This document shows positions 21,595-30,058 of a stretch of DNA of 64,000 nucleotides, one piece after another (position 1 is the first letter of the stretch; each line of letters begins with the position of its first letter). A program made the translations under genes and the position numbers. The stretch is from Candidatus Marinacidobacterales bacterium. GTDB taxonomy: Bacteria > Acidobacteriota > Vicinamibacteria > Marinacidobacterales > SMYC01. Under the pieces are notes generated by a model. It was not told the origin of the DNA, did not search any database, and saw nothing but the letters and a program-made list of their open reading frames with translations. Location: the NCBI GenBank assembly GCA_965224085.1, contig CBDCYI010000011.1:1248001-1312000 (forward strand), written 5' to 3'.

Positions 21595-21629
21595 TGCATG
21601 CACGTAGCCTCCGTTTCCCCGCGCATTGG

Positions 21630-21750
21630 AGAAATACCCGAGGGGACGTAGCGCACGTAGGTCCCTCCCTCGATCACGACGCGCGGCTCGCCGGACTCGA
21701 AGGAAAGCGCGGCGATCTTGGCGTCGTCGAAGCTCGTGATTCGATCATCG
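21630..21750 (-). pseudogene. Remnant of the beta-propeller region of a TolB-tailed Ser/Thr kinase
   Basis: SFDDAKIAALSFESGEPRVVIEGGTYVRYVPSG. Confidence 0.55.
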
Positions 21751-22057
21751 GCTGCGATTGCGCGCCCCGGTGTCCGGTGGGTGAGAGTTTGCACGTCACC
21801 GCCGTCGGCCTCGCGGGGTCGACGGCAGAACGTTGGCATTTCGCTTAGGCAAATGCAGGTAAGCGCTCGTCGCTGGTGTCACAAGCGGCGATGCTGGATC
21901 TAAAGAGAGTGTTTTCGCAGCTCGATAGAGCCCGAGCCGTGAAGATTGGGCTGGTTCTCCGCAAAACGCGAAAAGTCCGATCCCCTCTAGTGAGGTGATC
22001 GGGCTTTTGAACATAATTCCCGAGTTGTTGCCTCTCCGCGTTCCCGAAGGGATCCCA

Positions 22058-22230
22058 TCACTCTGCTGCAAAGCAGTAGAAAAGCCCGTTACCCCCTGTC
22101 CCGACCAGATCCTCCTGGCTGCAACCCCGCGACGGATGCGCCATATTCCATGGGCTACCGGGCGTCGTACGTCGAAAGCGATCGTGGTGCCCGACCATGG
22201 CACTACCCTCGCCGGACATGGTCCTGACGG
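22058..22230 (-). pseudogene. C-terminal remnant of a lectin-like conserved protein
   Basis: SGEGSAMVGHHDR...WNMAHPSRGCSQEDLVGTGGNGLFYCFAA. Confidence 0.6.
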
Positions 22231-22513
22231 TCGTCGTGGCTACGGCGCGATGAACCCCGATAAGGGAATCCCTAACTTGGGCCACCCTGGCAATCGTAAC
22301 CGGTCGAGCCGCTGCCCCAGCGGATTCCTTCGGCCGCGTCCGACGTGGGCACGAGTTTCAGCGCGTCCATTCTCGTCCGGCGGGGTGGGGGAGTCGATCG
22401 TGTAGGCCTCCGTCACGTCGGGCTCGGTGTAGATCGCTTGGACCTCTTCGTAGCCTGCGACGCCGATGCGGATCGCAGCCGGCATGGCTTCGATGCCGCA
22501 GCGCAGAAGGATA

Positions 22514-22789
22514 TCAGCCGCGCCGAGCTTGGAGCCGAATGTACTCCCTCAAGGCTTCGTTGATGCGAGTCTGGTATTTGTCTCCACGAGCCTTGAACCA
22601 AGCAATGACGTCTTTGTCCAAACGTAGTGTGATTTGTTGCTTCACCGGCCGGTAGAACTTTCCGCGCTCACGGACCATGAACTCCTCGATCTCCGGGGCG
22701 TCGGGATCGCCAAGATCGATCGGTCGGTCTTTCAGCTTCTTCAGCTCCGCCCGCCCTTCTTCATCGAGATAGATAGAATCGTCTTTCAC
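22514..22789 (-). CDS. brnA: BrnA-family antitoxin
   Basis: FYRPVKQQITLRLDKDVIAWFKARGDKYQTRINEALREY. Confidence 0.88.
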   Translation of the reverse strand: MKDDSIYLDEEGRAELKKLKDRPIDLGDPDAPEIEEFMVRERGKFYRPVKQQITLRLDKDVIAWFKARGDKYQTRINEALREYIRLQARRG

Positions 22790-23044
22790 GCGGCGTCGCT
22801 TGCCTTGCGGATATGATACGGATGATTTCTTCGCCATCATCGTCCTCGCGGAACGAGTGAGCCACATAAAGGATCGCGACTCGACGCGCCCGATAGTCAC
22901 CCATCGCTCTTCACCGTAGTCGAACCGATCGTCCAGGTACGATAATACGCCGGGATCCCGGAACACGAGCGCAGCGTGCTCGAACCGGAGGCCGTGCTTC
23001 TCTCGATTCGATGCGTTCTTCTCCTCGTCCCATTCGAAGGCCAC
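22761..23044 (-). pseudogene. brnT: BrnT-family toxin with a 1-nt frameshift near 22877
   Basis: FEWDEEKNASNREKHGLRF...EERWVTIG, then in another frame ILYVAH...IIRIISARQATPRERRFY*. Confidence 0.85.
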
Positions 23045-23064
23045 AAGCCGACTACACTTAAGTA

Positions 23065-23093
23065 ATTCTACTATAGTAGTTACATAATTGCAA
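23065..23093 (-). promoter_or_regulatory. Sigma70 promoter of brnTA with overlapping palindromes
   Basis: TTGCAA-17-TAGAAT; palindromes CTACTATAGTAG and ATAATTGCAATTAT overlap it. Confidence 0.7.
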
Positions 23094-23491
23094 TTATACG
23101 TGCGTGAGCTGCTTTCGCCGCGAGCCAACCGGCAGCCAACGACGGAATTCAGCACAGGTGCCATGCGTCGCCGGCGAGCGCGGAAACTGGCTGGACACCA
23201 CCCCTGGCAGGGCGCGTGTCCTCCTGCAGGCGTCATTTGACACTATTGCGGACTCCCATCGGGGTGGCGGCGACCCGCGACCGTCGCTCACAATATCCGG
23301 CAATGAACAGGAGAAGATCCGACCAGCCGACCGTGTGCCCGTAACGATCACGCCGCGTCAACGAGACTTGATCACCGAGCATACGTTCGCGGAGCCAGAC
23401 TCGACGGAGCCGCTTCGGCGGGCGGTGGCGAAAGGCCGCAAGCTCGTCGTGAAGTTTCGTAGACGGGCGTTTAGGGCGCCTTGTGTGTGCA

Positions 23492-23519
23492 GAGTCCGAT
23501 AAGATATATTATGTTAAAT
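23492..23519 (+). other. dif: XerC/XerD dif recombination site
   Basis: GAGTCCGATAA-GATATA-TTATGTTAAAT; XerD arm identical to the E. coli dif arm, 6-bp spacer, XerC arm ends ATAA. Confidence 0.85.
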
Positions 23520-23639
23520 ATTATACAAAAAAGAGAGGAGAGCCACGGGGTACGGGTTATTCGAAGCGAAAGGACGGGCCTGCGAAGTGCCCGTGTAAGG
23601 AGTACCTATAGACGCGGCCGTGGCTCCGACGGCTACCTC

Positions 23640-23794
23640 GGCCTTCGGCCGAGGCTTGCGTGTTGAGCCGAGACACCAAGACCCGTTCGCGGCTATCGAA
23701 GGCTCATCTGGAGGTCGGCATCGGACTCCGCGAGCTCCACAACGCGCCTTGAGAGCGCTAAACGAGCAAGTTCTGTATCGATATGCACCGACAT
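23640..23794 (-). pseudogene. VapC/PIN toxin remnant
   Basis: ATG directly after the antitoxin TAG, MSVHIDT PIN-like start, then degenerate. Confidence 0.5.
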
Positions 23795-24053
23795 CTAGAA
23801 ACCGTCGTCTTCAACTTTGAGACGTCGAATCTCCGCTTCGGGATCGTTACCGTGGAATAAATTCAAACAAGCGCTCGAGGACCTTGCGGCGGTCTTTGCG
23901 GCTCGTCGCCGGCACACCGAACGCGCTATTCCGTTGGCTCACGACCGCCCGCCGGATGGCCTCAGACACGGAACACCCGTATCGCATGGCGAGTTGCCGC
24001 GCCGCATGCCGTGTCTCGTCATCTAGTATCAGGGTTGTTCGCGATGATGGCAT
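23795..24053 (-). pseudogene. VapB/RHH antitoxin, frameshifted near 23860
   Basis: RTTLILDDETRHAARQLA...SVSEAIRRAV; continuation LFHGNDPEAEIRRLKVEDDGF* in another frame. Confidence 0.65.
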
Positions 24054-24201
24054 GTTTTGGATGCTCGCTTATAGCCCCTCAAACGATGGAGGAAGTGCAG
24101 GACCCGCTTTCAAACCTTCCGCACAATTTTACCGCGCGCATTGTTGGGACGGCTCCGGCTTCTTTTTGGCGACCGTCGGAAACCATCCAGAATGACAAAT
24201 A

Positions 24202-24230
24202 TTGACAATAAACGGGCGCTACAGTATTCT
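24202..24230 (+). promoter_or_regulatory. Sigma70 promoter of parDE
   Basis: TTGACA-17-TATTCT; GGAGG ribosome-binding site before ATG 24260. Confidence 0.75.
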
Positions 24231-24259
24231 TCTTTGAAACCACAAATGGAGGCGCGTGA

Positions 24260-24508
24260 ATGTCTACTACGCTAAATCTTTCACTGACCGATGAGCTGCG
24301 CGCGTTCATCGACGCCAACTGCGGTGACGGCACGCTGTATGCCACACCCAGCGAATTCGTGCGCGATCTTCTGCGACAACGAAAGATTCAGCTAGATGCC
24401 GAGTCTGCTCGGGACGGTATCCTTGCGGGCTATCGCGACGCAGTTGACGGTCGCGTCGTTGAGTTCCGAGGTGACCTGCAGAGCCTTCTAGATAAAGCCG
24501 TACGGTGA
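24260..24508 (+). CDS. ParD-like RHH antitoxin
   Basis: LNLSLTDELRAFID...YATPSEFVRDLLR. Confidence 0.8.
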   Translation: MSTTLNLSLTDELRAFIDANCGDGTLYATPSEFVRDLLRQRKIQLDAESARDGILAGYRDAVDGRVVEFRGDLQSLLDKAVR

Positions 24509-24888
24509 GCCGGAAGCAAAAACGGCGCGGCCGGCTACATCTTGCAAAGAGAGCCATCTCTGACCTGCTTGAAATCGAGGCTTATTCCATCGAGCAATGG
24601 GGCAAACGAGCGGCCACCAAATATCTCAAGGAGATTGAGGTAGGCCTGCAACTCATCCGAGAAGATCCCGGCATACTGCGTCCGCTGGAAGGCTTGCCGG
24701 CACAGCTTCGTTTTTACCGCGTGAACAAGCATTTTCTCGTGTGTGATGCTGCACGTGAATCGACCGTCGTGCTGACCGTCATTCACGGAAGCATGGATCT
24801 TCCCAACCGTCTTGGGGAGCTCGTGCCGCAACTAGCAACTGAGGTCGCGATGCTGCGCGATCAGCTGGACTCCAGCCGCAGAAAGTGA
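24505..24888 (+). CDS. ParE-family toxin
   Basis: AISDLLEIEAYSIEQWGKRAATKY...VLTVIHGSMDL; GTGA overlap with the antitoxin. Confidence 0.85.
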   Translation: MSRKQKRRGRLHLAKRAISDLLEIEAYSIEQWGKRAATKYLKEIEVGLQLIREDPGILRPLEGLPAQLRFYRVNKHFLVCDAARESTVVLTVIHGSMDLPNRLGELVPQLATEVAMLRDQLDSSRRK

Positions 24889-24938
24889 CGTCCCCGCGCC
24901 CAGCCTGGTGCTCGCGTTGCATGGTTAGTGTCTCGTCC

Positions 24939-24982
24939 GGGGATGGTGGAAACCCCTCGCCTTCAGGCGAAGAAAAGATTGT
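24939..24982 (+). repeat. IS200/IS605-end-like 44-bp repeat, copy 1
   Basis: GGGGATGGTGGAAACCCCTCGCCTTCAGGCGAAGAAAAGATTGT; 40/44 identical to 29822-29865. Confidence 0.8.
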
Positions 24983-24986
24983 CGAT

Positions 24987-25104
24987 GTCCCCGAAGGGGA
25001 CGAGACTCCCCCGACTGAAGTCGGGGGGTTGAGAATGAAGCGGGCGCATGAAGTCGACTTCCAGTCGACGCGCCCGCGCAATCCACCGGCTTAAGCCGGT
25101 GGTT
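24987..25104. repeat. Cluster of REP-like palindromes
   Basis: GTCCCCGAAGGGGAC; CCCCCGACTGAAGTCGGGGG; GCGGGCGC...GTCGAC...GTCGAC-GCGCCCGC; CCACCGGCTTAAGCCGGTGG. Confidence 0.75.
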
Positions 25105-25133
25105 GATTTAATTATTTGTGGGAAAGAGCCGCT

Positions 25134-25451
25134 TCAACTCTTCGGCCCAATTCTGGACGAGAACCAATTCGGTCGGCGGCCGTTGAAATACTCCATCCCA
25201 AGGGCTTCCACTTTGGGTTTTTCGTCGAGGCTTCCCTCTTGCTCCGTACGCAGGTTCAGCACAGCCTTGAATCCAGCCTTCTGAACGGCTTCGAGTGCCT
25301 CGTCGGTCGGTTGTCCCGCGGTAGCGATGTCGGGACGCAGCCGATAGTAGTTCGGGAGGCTCGACTGCTCCTCGAGCGGATCGGATTCTTGCGCGACGAG
25401 GAGGCTGGCCGCAAGGAGCGTCACGAGGGCGAGGACGGATCTTCCCATCAT
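25134..25451 (-). pseudogene. Secreted DUF442/PTP-like (Blh) protein truncated before its catalytic Cys and joined to a kinase-tail remnant
   Basis: IATAGQPT...GFKAVLNLRT...LGMEY; after about 25180 another frame reads ELVLVQNWAEELKRLFPTNN*, a kinase C-terminus. Confidence 0.7.
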
Positions 25452-26377
25452 AATTTGTCTAGAAAAGATTGCACGTTCTTGTGGAACAGAAACAACGCGT
25501 CGGCGTCGCCGCTTTGCTCGGTGAAGTTGTAGTTCTTGCCTTTGCGGACTTTCAAATTCATATTCTTGTTGATGTAGTCCACTTCGAAGCGCTCGAGCGA
25601 CCCGTATGGAATGGCAAAGGAGTCTTTGTGATCCGTTGCGTAACGAATGCCGTTCGCGTCCGCGATCAATACTCCCTTGCAATTGCCGAAGCTGTGCTTG
25701 TGGACCATGGGGATGGATTCGTTGAAATCGGCGACCGCTTGCTGGAAGTCGACCCGCACATTGCGATGGCCGGCGGTGATCGTAACCTTCTCCGCGTACA
25801 TCTCGTAGCCCTCGGCGGAAACAGTCAACTGATACTCCCCCGCGGTCACGCCTTTGATCGTGATGGGCGTCGTTCCTTTGTATCGCCGGTCGAGAAACAC
25901 CGTAGCGCCAGGGATATCGCTTTGAACGCTCAAGCTCGGCGGCAGCAAGTCGAGCGACGCTCGCATCTCGGCTTTGCGTCCGGGACGCACGCGCACGTCC
26001 TCGACGAAATCCTCGTAACCTTCTTTAGTCACACGGACGCTGTACATGCCGATATGGATCTCAGCGTTCTCGAAGGGCGCGGAGCCGACGAGCTCGCCGT
26101 CGACATACACTGAGGCGGCATCGACGTTCGCGGTCACGACCAGCGCTCCGAAGGCTGGGAGGTCTGCCTTCCTTTCCTTCGGAGGCGGCGGCGGAGGGTC
26201 TTCATCCTCGACCACGGGCGGCGGCGCCTCGACGACTTCGGGCTCGGGGGAAGGCTCAGAGCTGCGGTTCAGGAACCAATAGACTCCCCCCATGGCCATG
26301 AGGATCACGATCGAAAGGGCGAGCAACTTCCCTGCGCCTGATGTCGATTCGCTATCGTCTGAATGCAGAAAACTCAC
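25448..26377 (-). CDS. Membrane-anchored PEGA-domain protein
   Basis: TM segment, Pro-rich linker, two PEGA repeats (ASVYVDGELVGSAP; GATVFLDRRYKGTTP). Confidence 0.85.
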   Translation of the reverse strand: MSFLHSDDSESTSGAGKLLALSIVILMAMGGVYWFLNRSSEPSPEPEVVEAPPPVVEDEDPPPPPPKERKADLPAFGALVVTANVDAASVYVDGELVGSAPFENAEIHIGMYSVRVTKEGYEDFVEDVRVRPGRKAEMRASLDLLPPSLSVQSDIPGATVFLDRRYKGTTPITIKGVTAGEYQLTVSAEGYEMYAEKVTITAGHRNVRVDFQQAVADFNESIPMVHKHSFGNCKGVLIADANGIRYATDHKDSFAIPYGSLERFEVDYINKNMNLKVRKGKNYNFTEQSGDADALFLFHKNVQSFLDKL

Positions 26378-26415
26378 GGAACGATTCTAACACGCGTGAC
26401 CCGGCGGTTTGACGC

Positions 26416-26924
26416 TCAGCCCGGACGTCCACTGACGACGAAACGGCAGCAGTCGTCCCCTTTTGCCATACACTGTACTTCCATACCGTCCGTCTCTTTG
26501 TCGAATAGTGTCATGGCAGCGCCCTGAAGAAATCCAAGCACGGTGTAGCAGATGGGCTGCGTGGACGGGCCGTAGACTTCCGCGAAAGGCGAGCCAACAA
26601 CCTTGAACACGACCTCTTGGTTCTCGAGGTTGACCATCTCCGTCGACATTCCCCCCACCCCGACTGGGTCAGCATGTAGCTGACCGCATGCGCGACTTGT
26701 TCCGTCGAGTAGTTGAAGGCGTCGCGGTAACGACTCGCTAGCGAAGCACCGTCACCGAACGCCGTTTGGGTCATGATCTCGACGACTTCCTGGGGGAGAT
26801 GGGCTTCGATCTTTTTTTGGAGCTCGACGACGAGCGTTGGCGACATCATCACGTAGCGGGCACTCTGAAGCGACAGCGCTCCGTGCTCGGGATGGAAAGT
26901 AAGATTGCCAAGAAGCTGGTTCAC
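26416..26924 (-). pseudogene. V4R (4-vinyl reductase) domain protein, frameshifted in a homopolymer near 26655
   Basis: SGWG...SPFA...PICY...G...EVQCMAKGDDCCRF split over two frames. Confidence 0.8.
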
Positions 26925-26930
26925 TCGGAC

Positions 26931-27401
26931 TCACCTGCTGTGAACGGTCTCGCCAAGCCCCCAATACTCGCGAGTACAAAAGACCAAAGGCCTACCTTCA
27001 TCTCCCATTTCCGCACGTTCGACCCCTCCGAAAAAGACGGTGTGATCTCCCTGCTCCGTTTGCTCTACGACTCTGCAGTGCAAGTAGCCAAGGCAGCCGT
27101 CGAGCTTGGGCGACGTGTACGCCGCGAACTGATCCTCAGAGCTGAGCTTGGGACTCGCGAAATGGTCGGAGACGGCGCCTTGCTTCTCCGATAATACGTT
27201 CACGACGAACGGCCCTTTGGCGATGGCGCTCAGGGCGCGGGATTCCTTCATGATACAGATCAGGATGCGCGGCGGCGTCAAACTGACCGACGTAAACGAG
27301 CTCACCGTGATTCCCCGCGGGCCTTCGTCTCCTTGGGCGGTGACGACTACGACCCCTTGCGGGAAGGCGCGCATCACGTCGCGAAGCGAAATCTCACTCA
27401 T
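26931..27401 (-). CDS. Flavin reductase-like protein (HpaC/RutF fold)
   Basis: LRDVMRAFPQGVVVVT, GITVSSFTSVSLTPP, GDHTVFFG. Confidence 0.9.
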   Translation of the reverse strand: MSEISLRDVMRAFPQGVVVVTAQGDEGPRGITVSSFTSVSLTPPRILICIMKESRALSAIAKGPFVVNVLSEKQGAVSDHFASPKLSSEDQFAAYTSPKLDGCLGYLHCRVVEQTEQGDHTVFFGGVERAEMGDEGRPLVFCTREYWGLGETVHSR

Positions 27402-27419
27402 GGTGGTTTTCCTCAGTCC

Positions 27420-27884
27420 TCATTCTTCTTCGAAATCTGCTGACCACTCGATGCCAATGCATCCTTTGACGCTCATCGCTGCGGGACAGCCCCGTTCGTG
27501 CACGTCGAGAGCTCGCTCTGCCTCCGCCTTTTTCCCGCGCGGAAGCCGGATTCGATAATGTACACGCATACGGGTAATCTTGATGACGCCATCGAAGTCC
27601 TCGATGTCGCCCTCGACGTCTGCGGACAGCTTATCCGGGTGGCTTGGAATACCGCGCACTTCCAGCGCGCGCCCTAAGGTCCCCGTCAGTCACCCGCCGA
27701 CAGCGCCCACGATGTAATCGAGGGTCGCCGGAAACTCTTCCTCAGGTTCGATCCCGTAGAACTCTTTGATCCCGGAATGAACCCCGAAATGCACCGGGGC
27801 CTCGAACCCTTCGATATAGGCCCTGCGATGCGGTCCCTTGTCTTTCTCGATGCGTACTCGCGATGTATGAACGATTTTGGGCAT
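27420..27884 (-). CDS. OsmC-like selenoprotein (UGA read as Sec at 27690-27692)
   Basis: ORFs 27690..27884 and 27420..27659 are in frame: LDYIVGAVGG-U-LTGTL...GCPAAMSV; hairpin GCGCGCT-GGA-AGTGCGC follows the UGA. Confidence 0.85.
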
Positions 27885-27887
27885 GGC

Positions 27888-28334
27888 TCAGCTACTCACG
27901 TAAATGTAATCCCGCATAATGTTCGTCTCGTCGAAATAGATGAAATAGATCATGTCCCCCGCGGCGTAAAGCCGCAATTGGGGCCATTGCCGCGCCTTGC
28001 CGATAATCTCTTCCGCGCGCTCGGACGCCCAGGTCGAGACGGCACGTTCGAGATCTTGCTTCGACTCCACGATGGCGGCCAACGGAGCCTTTTCCTTTAG
28101 CCCTTCCGTGACTTGGTAGACGGTCGGGGTTTGCACGAGCATCCGCCGTAGCCGCGTGTCGTGTAGGTTCCTGCGACGGATATCGTAGCCGAGCTTCCCG
28201 AGATATAGCGCCGTGCCAAGCCCTCCGATGGTGACGGCAGCCGCGACGGCGAGAGCAATGGCAACACGTTTGGGTGGGCTCGACTCCCGCTTTTCGAACG
28301 CGGGTAACCGAAATTCCGGATTGGCCATTTCCAT
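27888..28334 (-). CDS. Hypothetical single-TM protein
   Basis: 148-aa ORF ending 3 nt before the OsmC-like start. Confidence 0.6.
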   Translation of the reverse strand: MEMANPEFRLPAFEKRESSPPKRVAIALAVAAAVTIGGLGTALYLGKLGYDIRRRNLHDTRLRRMLVQTPTVYQVTEGLKEKAPLAAIVESKQDLERAVSTWASERAEEIIGKARQWPQLRLYAAGDMIYFIYFDETNIMRDYIYVSS

Positions 28335-28416
28335 ATTTTTAACGGTTTAGGCCTAGATAGATAAAGTAGTACTTCACGTAGGTTGAGCAATCACTTGAAG
28401 AGCGGGGCGTAATCGC

Positions 28417-28950
28417 CTATTGAGGCTCGAAAATTTCAGGATAGAGCTTTTCAACCTCGGCGCCTGGTGCCGCTGACTTCAAATCAAGCTCGATCTCTTC
28501 CGACGCGGGGGCGCTGCAGGCGAAGTCTGTGCAGATTTGATAGCTCACGTCCGCCCGTATCGATTGCTCCCCGGTCACCGCATCCGCTGAAAGCGTAACG
28601 GGAATGCGTATCGCCACGCTACCTTCATACAAGTCGTAGGTTCCGAGGCCCGACAAGTCGCGCGTGACCGCAAGTGGAAAGGACGGCTCCCCGACTACGA
28701 CGTTGTCGCCCGTCACAGCCACCTCGGTGCGGCTTGGTTCCGGTTCTTCAGGACCGTAGAGGTGGTAGCCCTCTTCGATATCCACGACGACGGCGACCTC
28801 GAACCCGTCACCGGGTCGGATCGGTTGTTGGGACGCGACGAGCTCGAATTTGACCGAGCCGTCCCAATCCGGAATCTCGAACTGGTGACCCACGGCAACG
28901 CCGGCGCCGAGCGCCAGCACTAGGGTCACGAACATCTGTCTTTTGTTCAT
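28417..28950 (-). CDS. Secreted stand-alone DsbD N-terminal (nDsbD-like) domain protein
   Basis: Signal peptide, IEEGYHLYG, YQICTDFACSAP dithiol; ATGA overlap with the upstream gene. Confidence 0.8.
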   Translation of the reverse strand: MNKRQMFVTLVLALGAGVAVGHQFEIPDWDGSVKFELVASQQPIRPGDGFEVAVVVDIEEGYHLYGPEEPEPSRTEVAVTGDNVVVGEPSFPLAVTRDLSGLGTYDLYEGSVAIRIPVTLSADAVTGEQSIRADVSYQICTDFACSAPASEEIELDLKSAAPGAEVEKLYPEIFEPQ

Positions 28951-29486
28951 TCGAGTTTCTTCAGCTCCTCGATAATGGTCGTGGGTGGCGTACGCTCTCG
29001 AAAGTTGACCCAAACGTTGACGAAGCGTACGATGCCCGCGTTGTCAACGATGATAGTGGCAGGATGTGGGATTCCCTTCATCGACTCGCGGCTGACGTCC
29101 GGGTTCAAAAGCCCGTAGGCCTCTATGGCTGACGCTCCGTCACACAGGATGGGATACGACCAATCGTGTTCCTCGAGCCAGCTTGCCGTCTCTGCCGCGT
29201 CGTATTTGGAAATGGCGAGAACGATCGCGCCTGCGTTTTCTATCGCCGTTTCGGACTCTTGCAACTCACCGAGCTGCTTCTTGCAAAACGGTCACCAATC
29301 ACCGCTGCGGAAAAACTCGAGGACGATAGCTTTGTCATCGCGATAGCTCGAAAGCGTGTACGTCTTGCCGGCAGAGTCTTTGAGTGTGAAATCCGGAGCA
29401 GATTTCCCGACCGCGACACTCGTTTGCGCGCCAGCGAACGACAGGACGAACACTAACACTAAGATTGATTTACAAAGAATTTTCAT
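28947..29486 (-). CDS. Secreted AhpC/TSA (Prx/TlpA-like) selenoprotein with UxxC (UGA at 29292-29294)
   Basis: Signal peptide, APDFTLKD...LEFFRSGDW-U-PFCKKQLGELQ...PHPATIIVD; hairpin GCAGCTC-GGT-GAGTTGC after the UGA. Confidence 0.9.
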
Positions 29487-29536
29487 GGTGCTGCTGTGCA
29501 CTATAGCACAGCGAACACTAGCTTTGGTGTGAAGCT

Positions 29537-29820
29537 TTACACTTCCTGAGCGCCACGCAAGTAGCCAGCGATGCGACTCAGAAGACCAACCTCGGAGGCC
29601 TCGTCGGCCGACGGATCCGAAACGAGTCCGTTAGATGGACCGCACGATTGCTCGTACGAGGCTTGCAGGTCGGTGATCACTTCTTGAGGATTCAGACCCA
29701 GCGAACGCGCATATTCTTTCGTGAAACTCTGGAAGTAGAACTCGCCGGGGAAACGGTCGAAGCGTTCTTCCTCGAGATCCTCGAGGTACATCATGCCGAT
29801 GCGGGTTTCGTTCGCGATGC
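29537..29820 (-). pseudogene. RodZ-like HTH protein whose 5' end is interrupted by the 44-bp repeat
   Basis: IANETRIGMMYLEDLEEERFDRFPGEFYFQSFTKEYARSLGL; upstream frame hits TAA inside the repeat. Confidence 0.7.
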
Positions 29821-29821
29821 G

Positions 29822-29865
29822 GGGGATGGTCGAAACCCCTCGCCTTTAGGCGAAGAGAAGATCGT
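29822..29865 (+). repeat. IS200/IS605-end-like 44-bp repeat, copy 2
   Basis: GGGGATGGTCGAAACCCCTCGCCTTTAGGCGAAGAGAAGATCGT. Confidence 0.8.
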
Positions 29866-30058
29866 GGTATTGTCCCCCAGTTACGAGATTAACGATTTCG
29901 ATTTATTAGCGACGAGGCCGTGGGATGACGACTTGATAATCTCGACCTCATTCGGCGCTACCGGTAAAATATCAGAGAGGGCGAACGGATGTCAACAGGA
30001 AATCCACAGCCTAAGTCATAGAGCACGTTTTTTTTGTGGAATTCTCGTCCTGGCGGCT

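Noticed and set aside
26640-26670. Programmed frameshift or phase variation in the V4R gene
   Set aside because: The homopolymer is short (6 nt) and the window has many unrelated indels; decay or error is simpler
30000-30045. DnaA-box-like words (AAATCCACA, TGTGGAATT) downstream of parB suggesting oriC
   Set aside because: Only two imperfect boxes, no AT-rich unwinding element and no dnaA; a dif site is nearby
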